Shown here: piece by piece, positions 1 to 11,973 of the stretch
Layout: every line of letters starts with the position of its first letter
How positions within the stretch are numbered: position 1 is the stretch's first letter
Assembly (NCBI GenBank): GCA_029564765.1
Contig: JAKQPK010000004.1
Coordinates: 27,716 to 91,715 of the forward strand
From: Candidatus Omnitrophota bacterium
Lineage (GTDB): Bacteria > Omnitrophota > Gorgyraeia > Zapsychrales > Aceulaceae
Direction of reading: 5' to 3'
DNA: 64,000 bases
The notes under the pieces: generated by a model
Seen by the model: the letters and a program-made list of their open reading frames with translations, nothing else
Database searches by the model: none
What the model was told of the DNA's origin: nothing
Translations under genes and position numbers: made by a program

Positions 1-507
1 TTGATGACCCTTTCCATGGATCTTAACAACTCTTCTTCGCTGCCTCCCGGAAGGTCACAGCGACCACATCCTCCCACGAACAACGTGTCTCCGGTCAAAA
101 GATGTCCTGGCGTGTAAAAACATTGGCATCCCGGCGTGTGGCCGGGGGTGTGTAGACATTCGATCGCGACTTTCCCGACACATATTTTTTGGCAATGTTT
201 CGTTTTCTTTAGATGCGGGCAATCAGGCAGATATAGAGTGATCTCTTTTTCTGATATATAAACGGGGATATTTAAAGCCTCTGTGAGTTCTTTGGCGCCA
301 TCGGCATGGTCATAATGTCCATGGCTCAACAAGATGCATGTGATCTTAAGATCTTTTTTCTTGGCTGTACCAAGAATGAAGGGGATATCCCATCCCGGAT
401 CAACAACAGCGATCTCCCCAGTATCTTTATCGCCAAAGAAGTAGGCAAGATTGAGCATGGGGCCTATAGGGATCGATTGAATAAGTAAACAGTCGTTATG
501 GCTCATA
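1..507 (-). CDS. MBL-fold metallo-hydrolase (glyoxalase II-like), N-terminal part; gene continues past window start
   Basis: Reverse-strand translation from ATG (505-507) reads MSHNDCLLIQSIPIGPMLNLAYFFGDK...ILLSHGHYDHADGAKEL...HTPGHTPG...TGDTLFVGG. HxHxDH zinc motif is present. Not in supplied ORF track because it has no stop inside window. Confidence 0.8.
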
Positions 508-577
508 AATTATTTCTTTGAAAAGTGAGATTATTATATCGTGAATGAAAAAAAATACAAATCCATTGTCATTGGTC

Positions 578-605
578 TTGACAGTGGTCATTAGGGGTTT
601 ATAAT
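578..605 (+). promoter_or_regulatory. sigma70-like promoter, TTGACA(578-583)-16 nt-TATAAT(600-605), upstream of redoxin-thiC
   Basis: Near-consensus hexamers read directly, followed by AAAGGAA RBS and ATG at 632. Confidence 0.55.
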
Positions 606-631
606 GAGACATCAACAACAAAGGAATTAAA

Positions 632-2781
<2,150 letters not shown>

Positions 2782-2791
2782 CAAGGATTTT

Positions 2792-4606
2792 TTATCGAGA
2801 GACGTACAGAGGGTTGACCTTTGAAAGATGGAGTCTTTCGATTTTTGCTTTGTGCTGCGCAAGACAGGTCAGGATTTCTTGCCGCTGTTCGAGGAAAATA
2901 TCTGCGTTCTTAGAAAATAGATCTTGATAATAAGCGACACCATCTAAAAGGTTCTTTTTGAACTCTTCGAATGTCGCGACTTGGGTTTCTGTCAGTGTGC
3001 ATTTGCAGTGGCGAAGTTGTTCCATGAAGTTGTCAAGATATAGCTGCAATTCCTTAATGAACATATGGGGTCGAGGTTTATTGTTCAAGACATTTGTTCG
3101 TCCATAAATATGATCGATCATCTGCGCGAGCGTCATGATGCGGGAGAAATAAGCTAAATTTGGACCTGGACAGATCGCAGGACAGCGCTCTTTGTCTTCA
3201 GTGACGATCCCGTTTTTCATCAGAACAGAGGCCCCTAGATCGAAACAAATGCATGTCTTTACGACGACATCGCTGATCTGGCGGACAGCATCCGGGTCAG
3301 CGGATTTGGCAAGCTGATCGATCTTAAGTTTTTGATATTGACGCGATGCCACACAGATCGGATGCGGAGTGAACTCGGTGTTAAATGCTAAGTGGCCTCG
3401 AGGGCAGCGGCTTCCAGGATGGTTATCGGCAAAACGTTTTTGTTGGGCAAGATTGCTTTCTGCTGTTTTAAGATTATTGAAGGGAATTCCCATCGGGGAT
3501 GAATTGCTCAGATAAAGGTCATTCTCATCCGCATCGACGAGTTTCTGAAGTGTCCGGTCGTCGACATTAGAAACTTCGGGCACCAAAAGAAATGGGGTTG
3601 CCCAACCTGTACCATCAGCATCATAATATTCCTGCAAGAACAGATCTTCTTGGGCCGTACCGATCCCGCCTTGGACGGTGATCTTTGGGCTTGGAGGATT
3701 ATGCGTGGGCATCTTTCTGGAAGCGATGGCCTCATCGTAGATCTTGCGCACACTGCCAATAAATTCATTCTTTCTTGTTTTGATCTCTTCGAGGATAGGC
3801 CCAAGGAGCAAGCCATTGGATACGAATGCGTGCCCGCCGCAATTAAGGCCTGATTCGATGCGGTATTCAGAGACCCAAAGGCCTTTTTTTGCCAGAAATT
3901 TTCCTTGTGTCAAGCATGAGCGGTAGTCGCTGACCTTTAGTACGATCTTTTTCTTGATCTGTCCTGCCGCATCGCAATAAAAATCTTTAAAGTTCTCAAT
4001 GTATGCGTATAAACGACGATTGAATCCCGCAGAAAGGATGATCGCAGAGTTCAGCGTGCTTTGCGCGTATCCACGCAACGCGGAAAGAGCGTCTGAGAAT
4101 TCTTCAGGAAGCTCGTTGCCTTCAAGATCATAATTTGTTCGATCAAGTTTTGTCATGATATTGACATCAATGCTTCCTGGCTGGATCCTTTCGCGTAATT
4201 CTTCTTGTAATTTTTGCTTGGAAGCGGCATCCTTCGTCGCGAGCATGGCATTGTATAGTTTTTTGACGCAGGATCTTTCAGGAAGTAGCTCAAAATATTT
4301 TGTTATTTCGCTTCCTTTCTCGAAAGCAGAGGACTTAAGCGCGGCGAATTGCTTGCTAACAAGTCGATCCAGGAGATTAAGATATTCAGTGATGCGCCTG
4401 GCCCTGCAGTCAGGGTCGCGGCGAGATATCTCTTGGTAGGGTTCACCATATTGCTGGCAGTAGAATTTACGCATATGTTCAATGAGAGTGTCATCAACCA
4501 GCGAGATGACAGACGAAATGCCATAGTGGGCGACCTTTAAGGGGGTATCAATAGAGAACCCCGTCCCCATAACAGGGATATGGACTGTGTGAAGTTGTTT
4601 AAACAT
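2792..4606 (-). CDS. hypothetical protein with FabK/NMO-like FMN-oxidoreductase motifs and a Cys-rich C-terminal half
   Basis: PVMGTGFS near N-terminus, NCGGHAFV (AGGH-like) and QGGIGT...GTGW spaced as in NMO/FabK TIM barrels. C-terminal 290 aa has several Cys pairs (CPRGH, CICFD, CPAICPGP). Family not recognised with certainty. Confidence 0.4.
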   Translation of the reverse strand: MFKQLHTVHIPVMGTGFSIDTPLKVAHYGISSVISLVDDTLIEHMRKFYCQQYGEPYQEISRRDPDCRARRITEYLNLLDRLVSKQFAALKSSAFEKGSEITKYFELLPERSCVKKLYNAMLATKDAASKQKLQEELRERIQPGSIDVNIMTKLDRTNYDLEGNELPEEFSDALSALRGYAQSTLNSAIILSAGFNRRLYAYIENFKDFYCDAAGQIKKKIVLKVSDYRSCLTQGKFLAKKGLWVSEYRIESGLNCGGHAFVSNGLLLGPILEEIKTRKNEFIGSVRKIYDEAIASRKMPTHNPPSPKITVQGGIGTAQEDLFLQEYYDADGTGWATPFLLVPEVSNVDDRTLQKLVDADENDLYLSNSSPMGIPFNNLKTAESNLAQQKRFADNHPGSRCPRGHLAFNTEFTPHPICVASRQYQKLKIDQLAKSADPDAVRQISDVVVKTCICFDLGASVLMKNGIVTEDKERCPAICPGPNLAYFSRIMTLAQMIDHIYGRTNVLNNKPRPHMFIKELQLYLDNFMEQLRHCKCTLTETQVATFEEFKKNLLDGVAYYQDLFSKNADIFLEQRQEILTCLAQHKAKIERLHLSKVNPLYVSR

Positions 4607-4700
4607 GGTTGTAATATACTTAATATAAGTATATAAAGCAAGTGCTTTTATATTTTATGTCTTGTTGATTTTTTTACTTTCCTAGCTTACAATACTTTCC

Positions 4701-5807
4701 ATGAGTGACAGATTTTATCAGATGTTAATTCAGAAAAGTTTCCAGAATGCTACTTTGTCGAAGCAGGTATGTCGTCAAATATTACGATCTTCCCGTCTTG
4801 ATCTTCTTAAGCTTATTCAAGCTGCGTTTGTCGTGCGTCAACGGTATTGGAAGAAAGATGTGACGATTCATATCATTAATAATGTGCAAAATGGTTCTTG
4901 CAGCGAAGACTGCCAATATTGCGCTCAGTCACGATTTTCCAAGGCCCCTATTGCTATTTATCCGATGAAGTCTGATCAAGAGATACTTGAGGAAGCCCGC
5001 CTGGCGTATCGTTCGGGTGCATTCCGTTACTGCATGGTCTTTTCGGGAAGGGAACAGGGGGATCAGCGTATCCATCGGCTCGTTGGGATCATTCGCAAGA
5101 TCAAGCGCAGATTCCACCTGGAAGTTTGCGTGTCGTGCGGCTTTATCACGCCGGCGCAAGCCTTGATCCTCAAAAAGGCTGGCTTGAACCGCCTGAACCA
5201 TAACATTAATACGTCTGAGCGTTTTTATAAACAGATCTGCTCAACACATGACTTTCAAGCGCGACTAGAGACCTTGCATGCCGCGCAATCAGCTCAGCTG
5301 GAGATCTGTTCAGGGGTGATCGTTGGCATGGGGGAAACCGTAGAGGATGTTATTGACGCAGCTTTTGTTTTGCGCCAGCATAAGAAAGTTAAGTCCATTC
5401 CTGTTAATTTTTTCTTGCCGATCAAAGGAACCAGTGTATCGCGTAAAACGCAGTTGACACCAGAGTACTGTTTGCGCGTCCTTTGTCTTTATCGTTTTCT
5501 TCATCCTAGGGCTGAGATCCGCATCGCGGCGGGTCGCGAATACCATTTGCGCGATCTTCAGATTTTAGGATTATATGCGGCAAGTTCTATTTTTATGGAT
5601 GGCTACCTGAATGTTCGGGGTGCCTCACGTCTTAAAACCCTGCAGATGATCAAGGATGCTGGCTTCCGCATCCGTTCTGATAGAGATCTTGATGATCTAA
5701 TCGCGAAAGAAAAAGAATGTGGACAAATACAGAGTGAAAACGATCGATTGACGTTCAAGCATAAGGATGGTTTGCATCGTTTTTGCAGCAAGGAGACAGC
5801 GTTATGA
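4701..5807 (+). CDS. bioB: biotin synthase-like radical SAM enzyme (BioB)
   Basis: CSEDCQYCAQS (CxxxCxxC) and LNHNINTSERFY...CSGVIVGMGET...RIAAGRE align with BioB motifs YNHNLDTS / CSGGIVGLGET / RLSAGRE. Ends in ATGA overlap with trxB. Confidence 0.7.
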   Translation: MSDRFYQMLIQKSFQNATLSKQVCRQILRSSRLDLLKLIQAAFVVRQRYWKKDVTIHIINNVQNGSCSEDCQYCAQSRFSKAPIAIYPMKSDQEILEEARLAYRSGAFRYCMVFSGREQGDQRIHRLVGIIRKIKRRFHLEVCVSCGFITPAQALILKKAGLNRLNHNINTSERFYKQICSTHDFQARLETLHAAQSAQLEICSGVIVGMGETVEDVIDAAFVLRQHKKVKSIPVNFFLPIKGTSVSRKTQLTPEYCLRVLCLYRFLHPRAEIRIAAGREYHLRDLQILGLYAASSIFMDGYLNVRGASRLKTLQMIKDAGFRIRSDRDLDDLIAKEKECGQIQSENDRLTFKHKDGLHRFCSKETAL

Positions 5808-6745
5808 TCGAAAATCTTGTGATCATTGGTTCAGGTCCGGCAGGACATACCGCTGCTATTTATGCAGCTAGGGCACAGCTTGATCCTTTGATGTTCGAGG
5901 GCCTCATGGCCGGTGGCGTTGCCGCGGGAGGACAGCTCACAACAACAACACATATCGAGAATTTCCCTGGATTTCCGGAAGGCATCTTAGGATTAGATCT
6001 TATGATGCGTATGCGACAGCAATCCATCAATGCGGGAACGCGCGTTGAAACAAAAACGGTGGAAAGTGTCGATCTTAGCAAAAAACCTTTCGAGATAAGC
6101 GTTGATGGTTATAAAGTCCTTGCAAAGGCTGTCATCATCGCAACCGGAGCAACCGCTAAGCGTTTGGGGATCGTGGGCGAGGAGCAATTTTGGCAAAAAG
6201 GAATTTCCGCATGCGCGGTTTGCGATGGTGGTTTGCCTGTTTTCCGCAATAAAGTACTTGCGGTTATTGGCGGTGGGGATACGGCTTGTGAGGAAGCCCT
6301 ATACTTAACACGCTTTGCGAGCAAGGTTTTGCTTTTTGTCCGCAGGGATGTTCTCAGGGCTTCCAAAGCTATGCAAGAAAAAGTTTTAAAGCATGCAAAG
6401 GTGGATGTCGTTTGGAAGACCCATGTTGTTGAAGCCTTAGGAGATAAGATGCTTCAAAAGATCAAAACACGCCATGCGGATACTGGGAAAGAATTAACAG
6501 TAGATATTGGTGGCCTTTTCTACGCGATCGGCCATCGCCCTAATACAGAATTTTTAAAAGGGCAGATCGATGTCGATGAAGATGGATACATCATGACAAG
6601 GCCGGGAACTACCCAGACAAACATTAAAGGTGTTTTTGCCTGCGGCGATGTCCAGGATAAGCGCTATCGGCAGGCTGTTAGCGCGGCAGGATCAGGTTGT
6701 ATGGCAGCGCTAGATGCGGATAAATACTTAAAAGAAAATGAGTAA
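5804..6745 (+). CDS. trxB: thioredoxin-disulfide reductase
   Basis: GSGPAGHTAAIYAARA FAD motif and CAVCDG redox-active disulfide. Start moved to MIENLVIIGSG with AGGAGA RBS. Confidence 0.9.
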   Translation: MIENLVIIGSGPAGHTAAIYAARAQLDPLMFEGLMAGGVAAGGQLTTTTHIENFPGFPEGILGLDLMMRMRQQSINAGTRVETKTVESVDLSKKPFEISVDGYKVLAKAVIIATGATAKRLGIVGEEQFWQKGISACAVCDGGLPVFRNKVLAVIGGGDTACEEALYLTRFASKVLLFVRRDVLRASKAMQEKVLKHAKVDVVWKTHVVEALGDKMLQKIKTRHADTGKELTVDIGGLFYAIGHRPNTEFLKGQIDVDEDGYIMTRPGTTQTNIKGVFACGDVQDKRYRQAVSAAGSGCMAALDADKYLKENE

Positions 6746-7625
6746 AGTTAGTTTTGTTCAAAAATGGTTCATGGCGATCCGGCCAAGCTCTTTGATATTG
6801 AGCGCCGCACCCGTTCTGCTTGGGACATTGCTTGCCTTTGCTGATGGCGTCGGGCACTGGCGGGCAGCTTTTTTTTCGTTTTTGGGAGCTTTTTTGCTCC
6901 ATATCCTGGTCAACCTCGTAAACGACTATTGTGATCTTAAAAAAGGCGCAGATAAGGAGGGGGACTATGATCCAATGCGAGGGATCCTGGTTGGGGCGAT
7001 CCCTTCCGAAGAAATGAAAACAGCGATCGAGATCGTTATTGCGCTTTTTCTCGTTCCGGCAGCATATTTGATCTTGCGCGGTGGATGGCCGATCACAGTG
7101 ATCGCTGTTACGGCAGTTGCATCGGCGATCTTTTATACAGCAGGAAAAAGACCTTTAGGATATCGGGGTTTTGGCGATCTTTTAGTTTTTGTCTTTTTTG
7201 GGCCTGTCGCAGTCGCGGGTACTTACTATGTTCAGTCCCTAGAGATGAATCCGGCGATCTTACTTGCGGGGATTGCTCCTGGATTGTTTGCCGCAGGAGT
7301 ACTGATGATCAATAATCTGCGGGATCGCGATCGTGATAAAGCGGTCAATAAAAAAACATTGGTTGTTCTTTTTGGAAAAGAATTTGGATGGTGTGCATAT
7401 CATATATTCATTTTCTTTGCATGTATGCTACCGCTCCTTATATATTTGTTAACGAAACAACATGAAATAACATTTATTGCTGCAGGAGTGTATTTTCTTC
7501 TTTTGCCCGCGATGAGGATCCTTGCGCGTGACTCAGAGAGGGATGCCATGAATCAAGCTCTTGGGTTAACAGTCCAAGCTTGCTTTATTTATTGCGTTTT
7601 GTTCGGGATAGGTTGGTTCTTTTAG
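6738..7625 (+). CDS. menA: 1,4-dihydroxy-2-naphthoate polyprenyltransferase (UbiA family, MenA-like)
   Basis: NDYCDLKKGADK and NNLRDRDRDKAVNKKTL aspartate-rich motifs of the UbiA/MenA family. Protein is polytopic membrane. Confidence 0.7.
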   Translation: MSKVSFVQKWFMAIRPSSLILSAAPVLLGTLLAFADGVGHWRAAFFSFLGAFLLHILVNLVNDYCDLKKGADKEGDYDPMRGILVGAIPSEEMKTAIEIVIALFLVPAAYLILRGGWPITVIAVTAVASAIFYTAGKRPLGYRGFGDLLVFVFFGPVAVAGTYYVQSLEMNPAILLAGIAPGLFAAGVLMINNLRDRDRDKAVNKKTLVVLFGKEFGWCAYHIFIFFACMLPLLIYLLTKQHEITFIAAGVYFLLLPAMRILARDSERDAMNQALGLTVQACFIYCVLFGIGWFF

Positions 7626-8134
7626 GTTGGTTCGTTGCCGCGGGCGATCAAGATCTTCCCCGTGCGCACTAATTCGATCAGGCCAAAAGGCTTTAATTCG
7701 ATCTCTAGGCCGTCGATCTCGTCACTGGTTCCTGTCTGCTCGATAATAACCGAAACATCAGTCTTTTCAATGATATGCGCATGAAATTTCTTCAGTATTT
7801 TCAGGAGAGTGATTTTTGATTGTGCTTTGTAGCGGATCTTAAAAAGCGCTAGTTCTTTTTCAATGCCTTTTTCTGGCGCGTGCTCTTCAGCGTTCAACAC
7901 GTCGATCAGCTTTCCTGCTTGCTTGATGATCTGCTCAAGCGTGGAAGGATCGCCTTGTGCGGTGATCGTCATTCGTGAAAAACGCTCATCAAACGATGGT
8001 GAGACGGTGAGTGAATCGATATTAAAACCACGACGCGCAAAAACTAAGGCAATGCGCACCAGGACCCCTGGCTTGTTCGCGACCAGCAAACTAATAGTGT
8101 GCTGATTTTTTTTCGATCGAATTGATTTTTTCAT
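7622..8134 (-). CDS. ilvN: acetolactate synthase small (regulatory) subunit
   Basis: ACT-domain sequence ISLLVANKPGVLVRIALVFARRGFNIDSLTV. Lies immediately downstream of ilvB. Start placed at second Met (MKKSIR). Confidence 0.85.
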   Translation of the reverse strand: MKKSIRSKKNQHTISLLVANKPGVLVRIALVFARRGFNIDSLTVSPSFDERFSRMTITAQGDPSTLEQIIKQAGKLIDVLNAEEHAPEKGIEKELALFKIRYKAQSKITLLKILKKFHAHIIEKTDVSVIIEQTGTSDEIDGLEIELKPFGLIELVRTGKILIARGNEPT

Positions 8135-8135
8135 G

Positions 8136-9845
8136 CTATTTTCTTTCTTTCTTAGGAGGCTCAACGATCATGTGATGTGCCGCCTTGCCTGCAGGGATCA
8201 TTGGGAACACATTGTCCTCACGAATAACATTGGCCTGGATCACTACGGGCCCTTTGTGCATGATCGCCTCAGTAAGAATATTTTTAATATCTTGAACATT
8301 ATTTAAATAAAGCCCTTTAGCGCCGTACGCTTCCGCAAGTTTTACGAAATCAGGGTTTCCTTGGAGCTCCACACCGGAAAGGCGATTATCAAAAAAGAGT
8401 TCTTGCCATTGGCGCACCATCCCAAGGTATCGATTAGCCATAATGATAACCTTAACAGGCAGCTTGTGAACAACGGCAGTTGCGAGCTCCGAAAAGGTCA
8501 TTTGGAATCCACCGTCACCGCATATAGCAAAAACAAGCTCTTGCGGGCGGCCGAATTGGGCCCCGATGGCTGAAGGGAAGCCAAATCCCATCGTTCCAGC
8601 GCCTCCTGAAGAAAGCCATTGGTCCGGCTGATCACATTTGTAGAATTGGGCGCTCCACATTTGGTGCTGGCCCACATCGGTCGCGACGATCGCTTTTCCT
8701 TGCGTTAGTTGAAAAAGTTCGTCAATGATCACCGGCGGCGTTAAGCCTTTGGAGGTATCGTAATGAAGGGGAAAATCTTTTTTTAATGTAGTGATTTCCT
8801 GGATCCATTCATCGGTATCAAGTCGGCTTATAATATCCAACAATTCTTCCAGAACATATTTCGCATCGCCAATACAATATGCGTCAGGGATGACTATTTT
8901 GCGAATTTCAGCAGGGTCAATATCAATATGCAGTTTTTTTGCGTTGACACAGAATTCAGCATTATTTCCGTTGATACGGTCATCCCAGCGGGATCCAATA
9001 GAAAAGATCAGATCACAGCGCGTAAGGGCTTTATTGGCATATGCTGTTCCATGCATCCCCACCATGCCAAGAGATAGAGGGTGAGTTTCTGGGAAAGCAC
9101 CCTTACCTAAAAGAGTGCTTACGACGGGGGCTTGTAGCTTTTCCGCGAGTTTTCGCATTTGTGCGCTTGCCTTCGCGATCACGATACCATGTCCAGCCAA
9201 AAGAAGGGGCCTTTTTGAGGCTTTAAGTAATTTAGCGATCTGGAGAATATCAGTTTTTTTACCTTTTGTCGCAAAATCATAGCCAGGAATATCCATGGGC
9301 TGGTCGATCGAAGAAGTAAATTGGCCTGCCGATACGTCTTTGGGCAGGTCCAATAGAACAGGGCCTGGACGCCCAGTTGAGGCAATGTAAAAGGCTTCTT
9401 TAAGAATACGTGGGATATCGTTTGCCGATTTGATCAAGTAGCTGTGTTTGACGATGGGCATTGTAATGCCCGTTATATCCGCCTCTTGAAAAGCATCTTT
9501 TCCGAGGAGATTGACAACGCTCTGACCACAGAGCACGATCACAGGCACAGAATCCATGTGCGCGTTCATGATACCCGTTACAGTATTTGTGGCTCCAGGG
9601 CCGCTGGTCACAAGGACCACGCCTGGTTTTCCTGTCGCGCGGGCATAGCCATCAGCAATATGCATCGCTCCTTGCTCATGCCGTGTCAAAATGAACTTGA
9701 TCTTTGATGTAAGAAGCGCGTCAAAAATCGGGATCGAAACGCCACCCGGGATCCCGAAAATATATTCCACGCCTTGCTTTTCGAGGCATTGGATGAGGAT
9801 CTCAGCACCGTTAAATATCTTTCCAACTTTTATTTCTTTTTTCAT
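8136..9845 (-). CDS. ilvB: acetolactate synthase large subunit (ThDP-dependent)
   Basis: 569 aa with [24 protein letters not shown]-terminus and typical ThDP-binding region. Confidence 0.9.
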   Translation of the reverse strand: MKKEIKVGKIFNGAEILIQCLEKQGVEYIFGIPGGVSIPIFDALLTSKIKFILTRHEQGAMHIADGYARATGKPGVVLVTSGPGATNTVTGIMNAHMDSVPVIVLCGQSVVNLLGKDAFQEADITGITMPIVKHSYLIKSANDIPRILKEAFYIASTGRPGPVLLDLPKDVSAGQFTSSIDQPMDIPGYDFATKGKKTDILQIAKLLKASKRPLLLAGHGIVIAKASAQMRKLAEKLQAPVVSTLLGKGAFPETHPLSLGMVGMHGTAYANKALTRCDLIFSIGSRWDDRINGNNAEFCVNAKKLHIDIDPAEIRKIVIPDAYCIGDAKYVLEELLDIISRLDTDEWIQEITTLKKDFPLHYDTSKGLTPPVIIDELFQLTQGKAIVATDVGQHQMWSAQFYKCDQPDQWLSSGGAGTMGFGFPSAIGAQFGRPQELVFAICGDGGFQMTFSELATAVVHKLPVKVIIMANRYLGMVRQWQELFFDNRLSGVELQGNPDFVKLAEAYGAKGLYLNNVQDIKNILTEAIMHKGPVVIQANVIREDNVFPMIPAGKAAHHMIVEPPKKERK

Positions 9846-9967
9846 AAAACACCTTTTTAATGATTTTAGGATTTACTTTTATACCATAAAAATTTTTTTG
9901 TGGCAAACAATTTTCTAGAGATAAAAAACTTGAATAACGACGATAGATAGGATAGTATATCGCCATT

Positions 9968-10981
9968 ATGAAAAAAGTGGATCATCAAAAATCCTTAAAA
10001 GCTATTGGGCTTATCTCAGGAGGTCTTGATAGTGCGCTTGCCGTCAAGATCGTTCAAGGATTAGGCGTTGAAGTTCATGGCATGCACTTTATTCTTCCGT
10101 GGCTCGATCGGCCTGCAGACACCGTTATTAAGATGGCACGCCAGCTGAACGTTCCTTTGGAAGTTTTTTTCTGTCGAGAAGAATTTTTAGAGATGATCAA
10201 GAAGCCAAAGCATGGGTATGGGGTGGCGATGAATCCCTGCATTGATTGCCATATTTATCAATTGCAAAAAGCAAAAGAATTCATGATAACGTCTGATGCG
10301 GATTTTGTGATCACAGGGGAAGTTCTCGGTCAACGGCCGATGTCGCAGAACCGTCAACAACTTTTGAATATTGAAAAGGAGAGCGGCCTCGGCGGAAAAC
10401 TTCTTCGACCGTTGTCCGCCAAGCTTTTGGCGCCGACAGAATTGGAAAGCTGTGGGGTGATCGATCGTGAAAAGTTGTTTGATTTCTCAGGACGGTCGCG
10501 CTCTGGACTGCAAAGTCTTGCGAAAAATTTAGGTATCACGGATTATATACCGACTGGTGGAGGGTGCTTGCTGACGGATAAAAATTTTGCAAAACGCCTG
10601 AAAGATCTTTTTACGTATGGCTATCGAGGCCATCATGAGATCATCCTTCTTTCTGTAGGGCGACATTTTCGTCTGTCAAACCATCACAAGGTCATTGTTG
10701 GCCGAGATGAGAATGAGAATTCTTGCCTTCTTGAGCAGGCACATCCTAAGGATGTTGTTTTACAGTTAAAAGATTTTCTGGGGCCCCTTGCGCTATTGCA
10801 GGGGAAAGAACCATCTCAGCAGATGATCGATCAGGCAGCTTTTTTAGTAAAGCGATATTCAAAATTTCGGGATCGAATGGCAGATGTTTGCTACTGGCGC
10901 AAAGAAGATCCTCTGACTTCAGAGATCGCGCGTCCAAAGGATATGCTTGAGCAGGATGTTGAGATGTTAAAGATCGCGTAA
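9968..10981 (+). CDS. PP-loop ATPase, ThiI/MnmA-like putative tRNA sulfurtransferase
   Basis: SGGLDSALA PP-loop, NPCIDCH and ITGEVLGQRPMSQ (ThiI-like GExLGQ). No THUMP domain. Exact family uncertain. Confidence 0.5.
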   Translation: MKKVDHQKSLKAIGLISGGLDSALAVKIVQGLGVEVHGMHFILPWLDRPADTVIKMARQLNVPLEVFFCREEFLEMIKKPKHGYGVAMNPCIDCHIYQLQKAKEFMITSDADFVITGEVLGQRPMSQNRQQLLNIEKESGLGGKLLRPLSAKLLAPTELESCGVIDREKLFDFSGRSRSGLQSLAKNLGITDYIPTGGGCLLTDKNFAKRLKDLFTYGYRGHHEIILLSVGRHFRLSNHHKVIVGRDENENSCLLEQAHPKDVVLQLKDFLGPLALLQGKEPSQQMIDQAAFLVKRYSKFRDRMADVCYWRKEDPLTSEIARPKDMLEQDVEMLKIA

Positions 10982-11042
10982 AATAAATAGTTTTTTATTG
11001 ACAATCTAGGATAGATATAATATTATCACACAAATTGCGGCA

Positions 11043-11078
11043 AGGACGTCCAATCGATGGGCGTCCTATTTTCTTTTT
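11043..11078 (+). terminator. intrinsic terminator-like hairpin (AGGACGTC...GGCGTCCT) plus T-tract
   Basis: 8-bp stem with one G-U pair and a 9-nt loop, followed by ATTTTCTTTTT. Lies 60 nt after PP-loop gene stop and after a promoter-like TTGACA(10998)-17-TATTAT(11021). Confidence 0.55.
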
Positions 11079-11133
11079 CAGGGATTCCGCTTTTTTTGTT
11101 AACCATATCTGCACAAAAAGTAGGCAAAAATCT

Positions 11134-11973
11134 ATGAAGATCCTTTCCAAAAGAACGCTTTTAGACAGTCCAGTATCAAAAATCGTTGAAATGAAGATCT
11201 TGTCTCCTGACATTGCGGCAAAAGCGCGTCCAGGGGAGTTCGTTGTTCTCATGGTCAGCGAGCAGGGTGAGCGCGTTCCATTGACCGTTGTTGATACCGA
11301 CCAAAGCCAAGGCTCGGTAACGATCATCTTTCAGCAGGCAGGCTTTAGCACAACTTTACTAGGATCAATGAACATCGGAGATTCTTTATACGCCTTTGTC
11401 GGACCGTTAGGGCATCCGACAGAGATAAAAAAATATGGGAAAGTTATCCTCGTTGGCGGTGGCGTCGGGATCGCAGAGATCTATCCTGTTGCGCGCGCGA
11501 TGAAAGAAGCCGGCAATCATGTTACGACTATCTTAGGCGCGCGGACAAAAGATATGCTGATCCTAGAACAGGAACTTAGGTCCGCCTCTCATGAATTGCA
11601 TGTTGCAACAGATGACGGTTCATATGGGCGGAAAGGTTTTACAGTCGACATCCTAAGAGATCTTCTAGTAAAAAGTCCCTACGATCTTGTTTATTCTGTT
11701 GGGCCGATCCCAATGATGAAGTTCACGGCACTAACGACACGTGAATTCAGTGTGAAGACCCTTGTTTCTCTGAACGCGATTATGATCGACGGGACAGGGA
11801 TGTGCGGTGGTTGCCGTGTGACAGTTGGCAATGAAGCGAAGTTTACTTGTGTTGATGGTCCTGAGTTTGATGCGCATCAGGTCGATTGGGCTGGATTGGA
11901 AAAACGAAATAAGGTTTACGCTCAAAAAGAACAGCATGCATGCCGTTTGGCAGCAGAAATGGCGAAGAAATGA
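11134..11973 (+). CDS. nfnA: PyrK-like FAD/NAD(P)-binding [2Fe-2S] subunit of NfnAB/SudAB-type oxidoreductase
   Basis: PyrK-like fold with C-terminal CGGCRV cluster motif. Paired with GltD-like subunit by an ATGA overlap. Start moved to MKILSKR (11134) because the track start at 11035 overlaps the hairpin. Confidence 0.75.
   Translation: MKILSKRTLLDSPVSKIVEMKILSPDIAAKARPGEFVVLMVSEQGERVPLTVVDTDQSQGSVTIIFQQAGFSTTLLGSMNIGDSLYAFVGPLGHPTEIKKYGKVILVGGGVGIAEIYPVARAMKEAGNHVTTILGARTKDMLILEQELRSASHELHVATDDGSYGRKGFTVDILRDLLVKSPYDLVYSVGPIPMMKFTALTTREFSVKTLVSLNAIMIDGTGMCGGCRVTVGNEAKFTCVDGPEFDAHQVDWAGLEKRNKVYAQKEQHACRLAAEMAKK

Noticed and set aside
306-488. 60-aa + strand ORF at window start
   Set aside because: It lies antisense inside the MBL-fold hydrolase gene, whose reverse-strand translation has clear HxHxDH motifs. 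No RBS or motif supports the + ORF.
508-631. TPP riboswitch upstream of thiC
   Set aside because: Looked for the conserved CUGAGA and GGGG/CCC pairing elements. They are not present, and the region is too short once the promoter is accounted for.
9846-9967. T-box or leader-peptide attenuator upstream of ilvB
   Set aside because: Only about 120 nt is shared with a divergent gene. No specifier/T-box sequence and no Ile/Val/Leu-rich mini-ORF was seen.
11035-11133. Upstream extension of nfnA start to 11035 (as in ORF track)
   Set aside because: The extension would place a GC-rich hairpin plus T-tract and a promoter-like element inside the coding sequence. MKILSKR at 11134 matches PyrK-like N-termini better.
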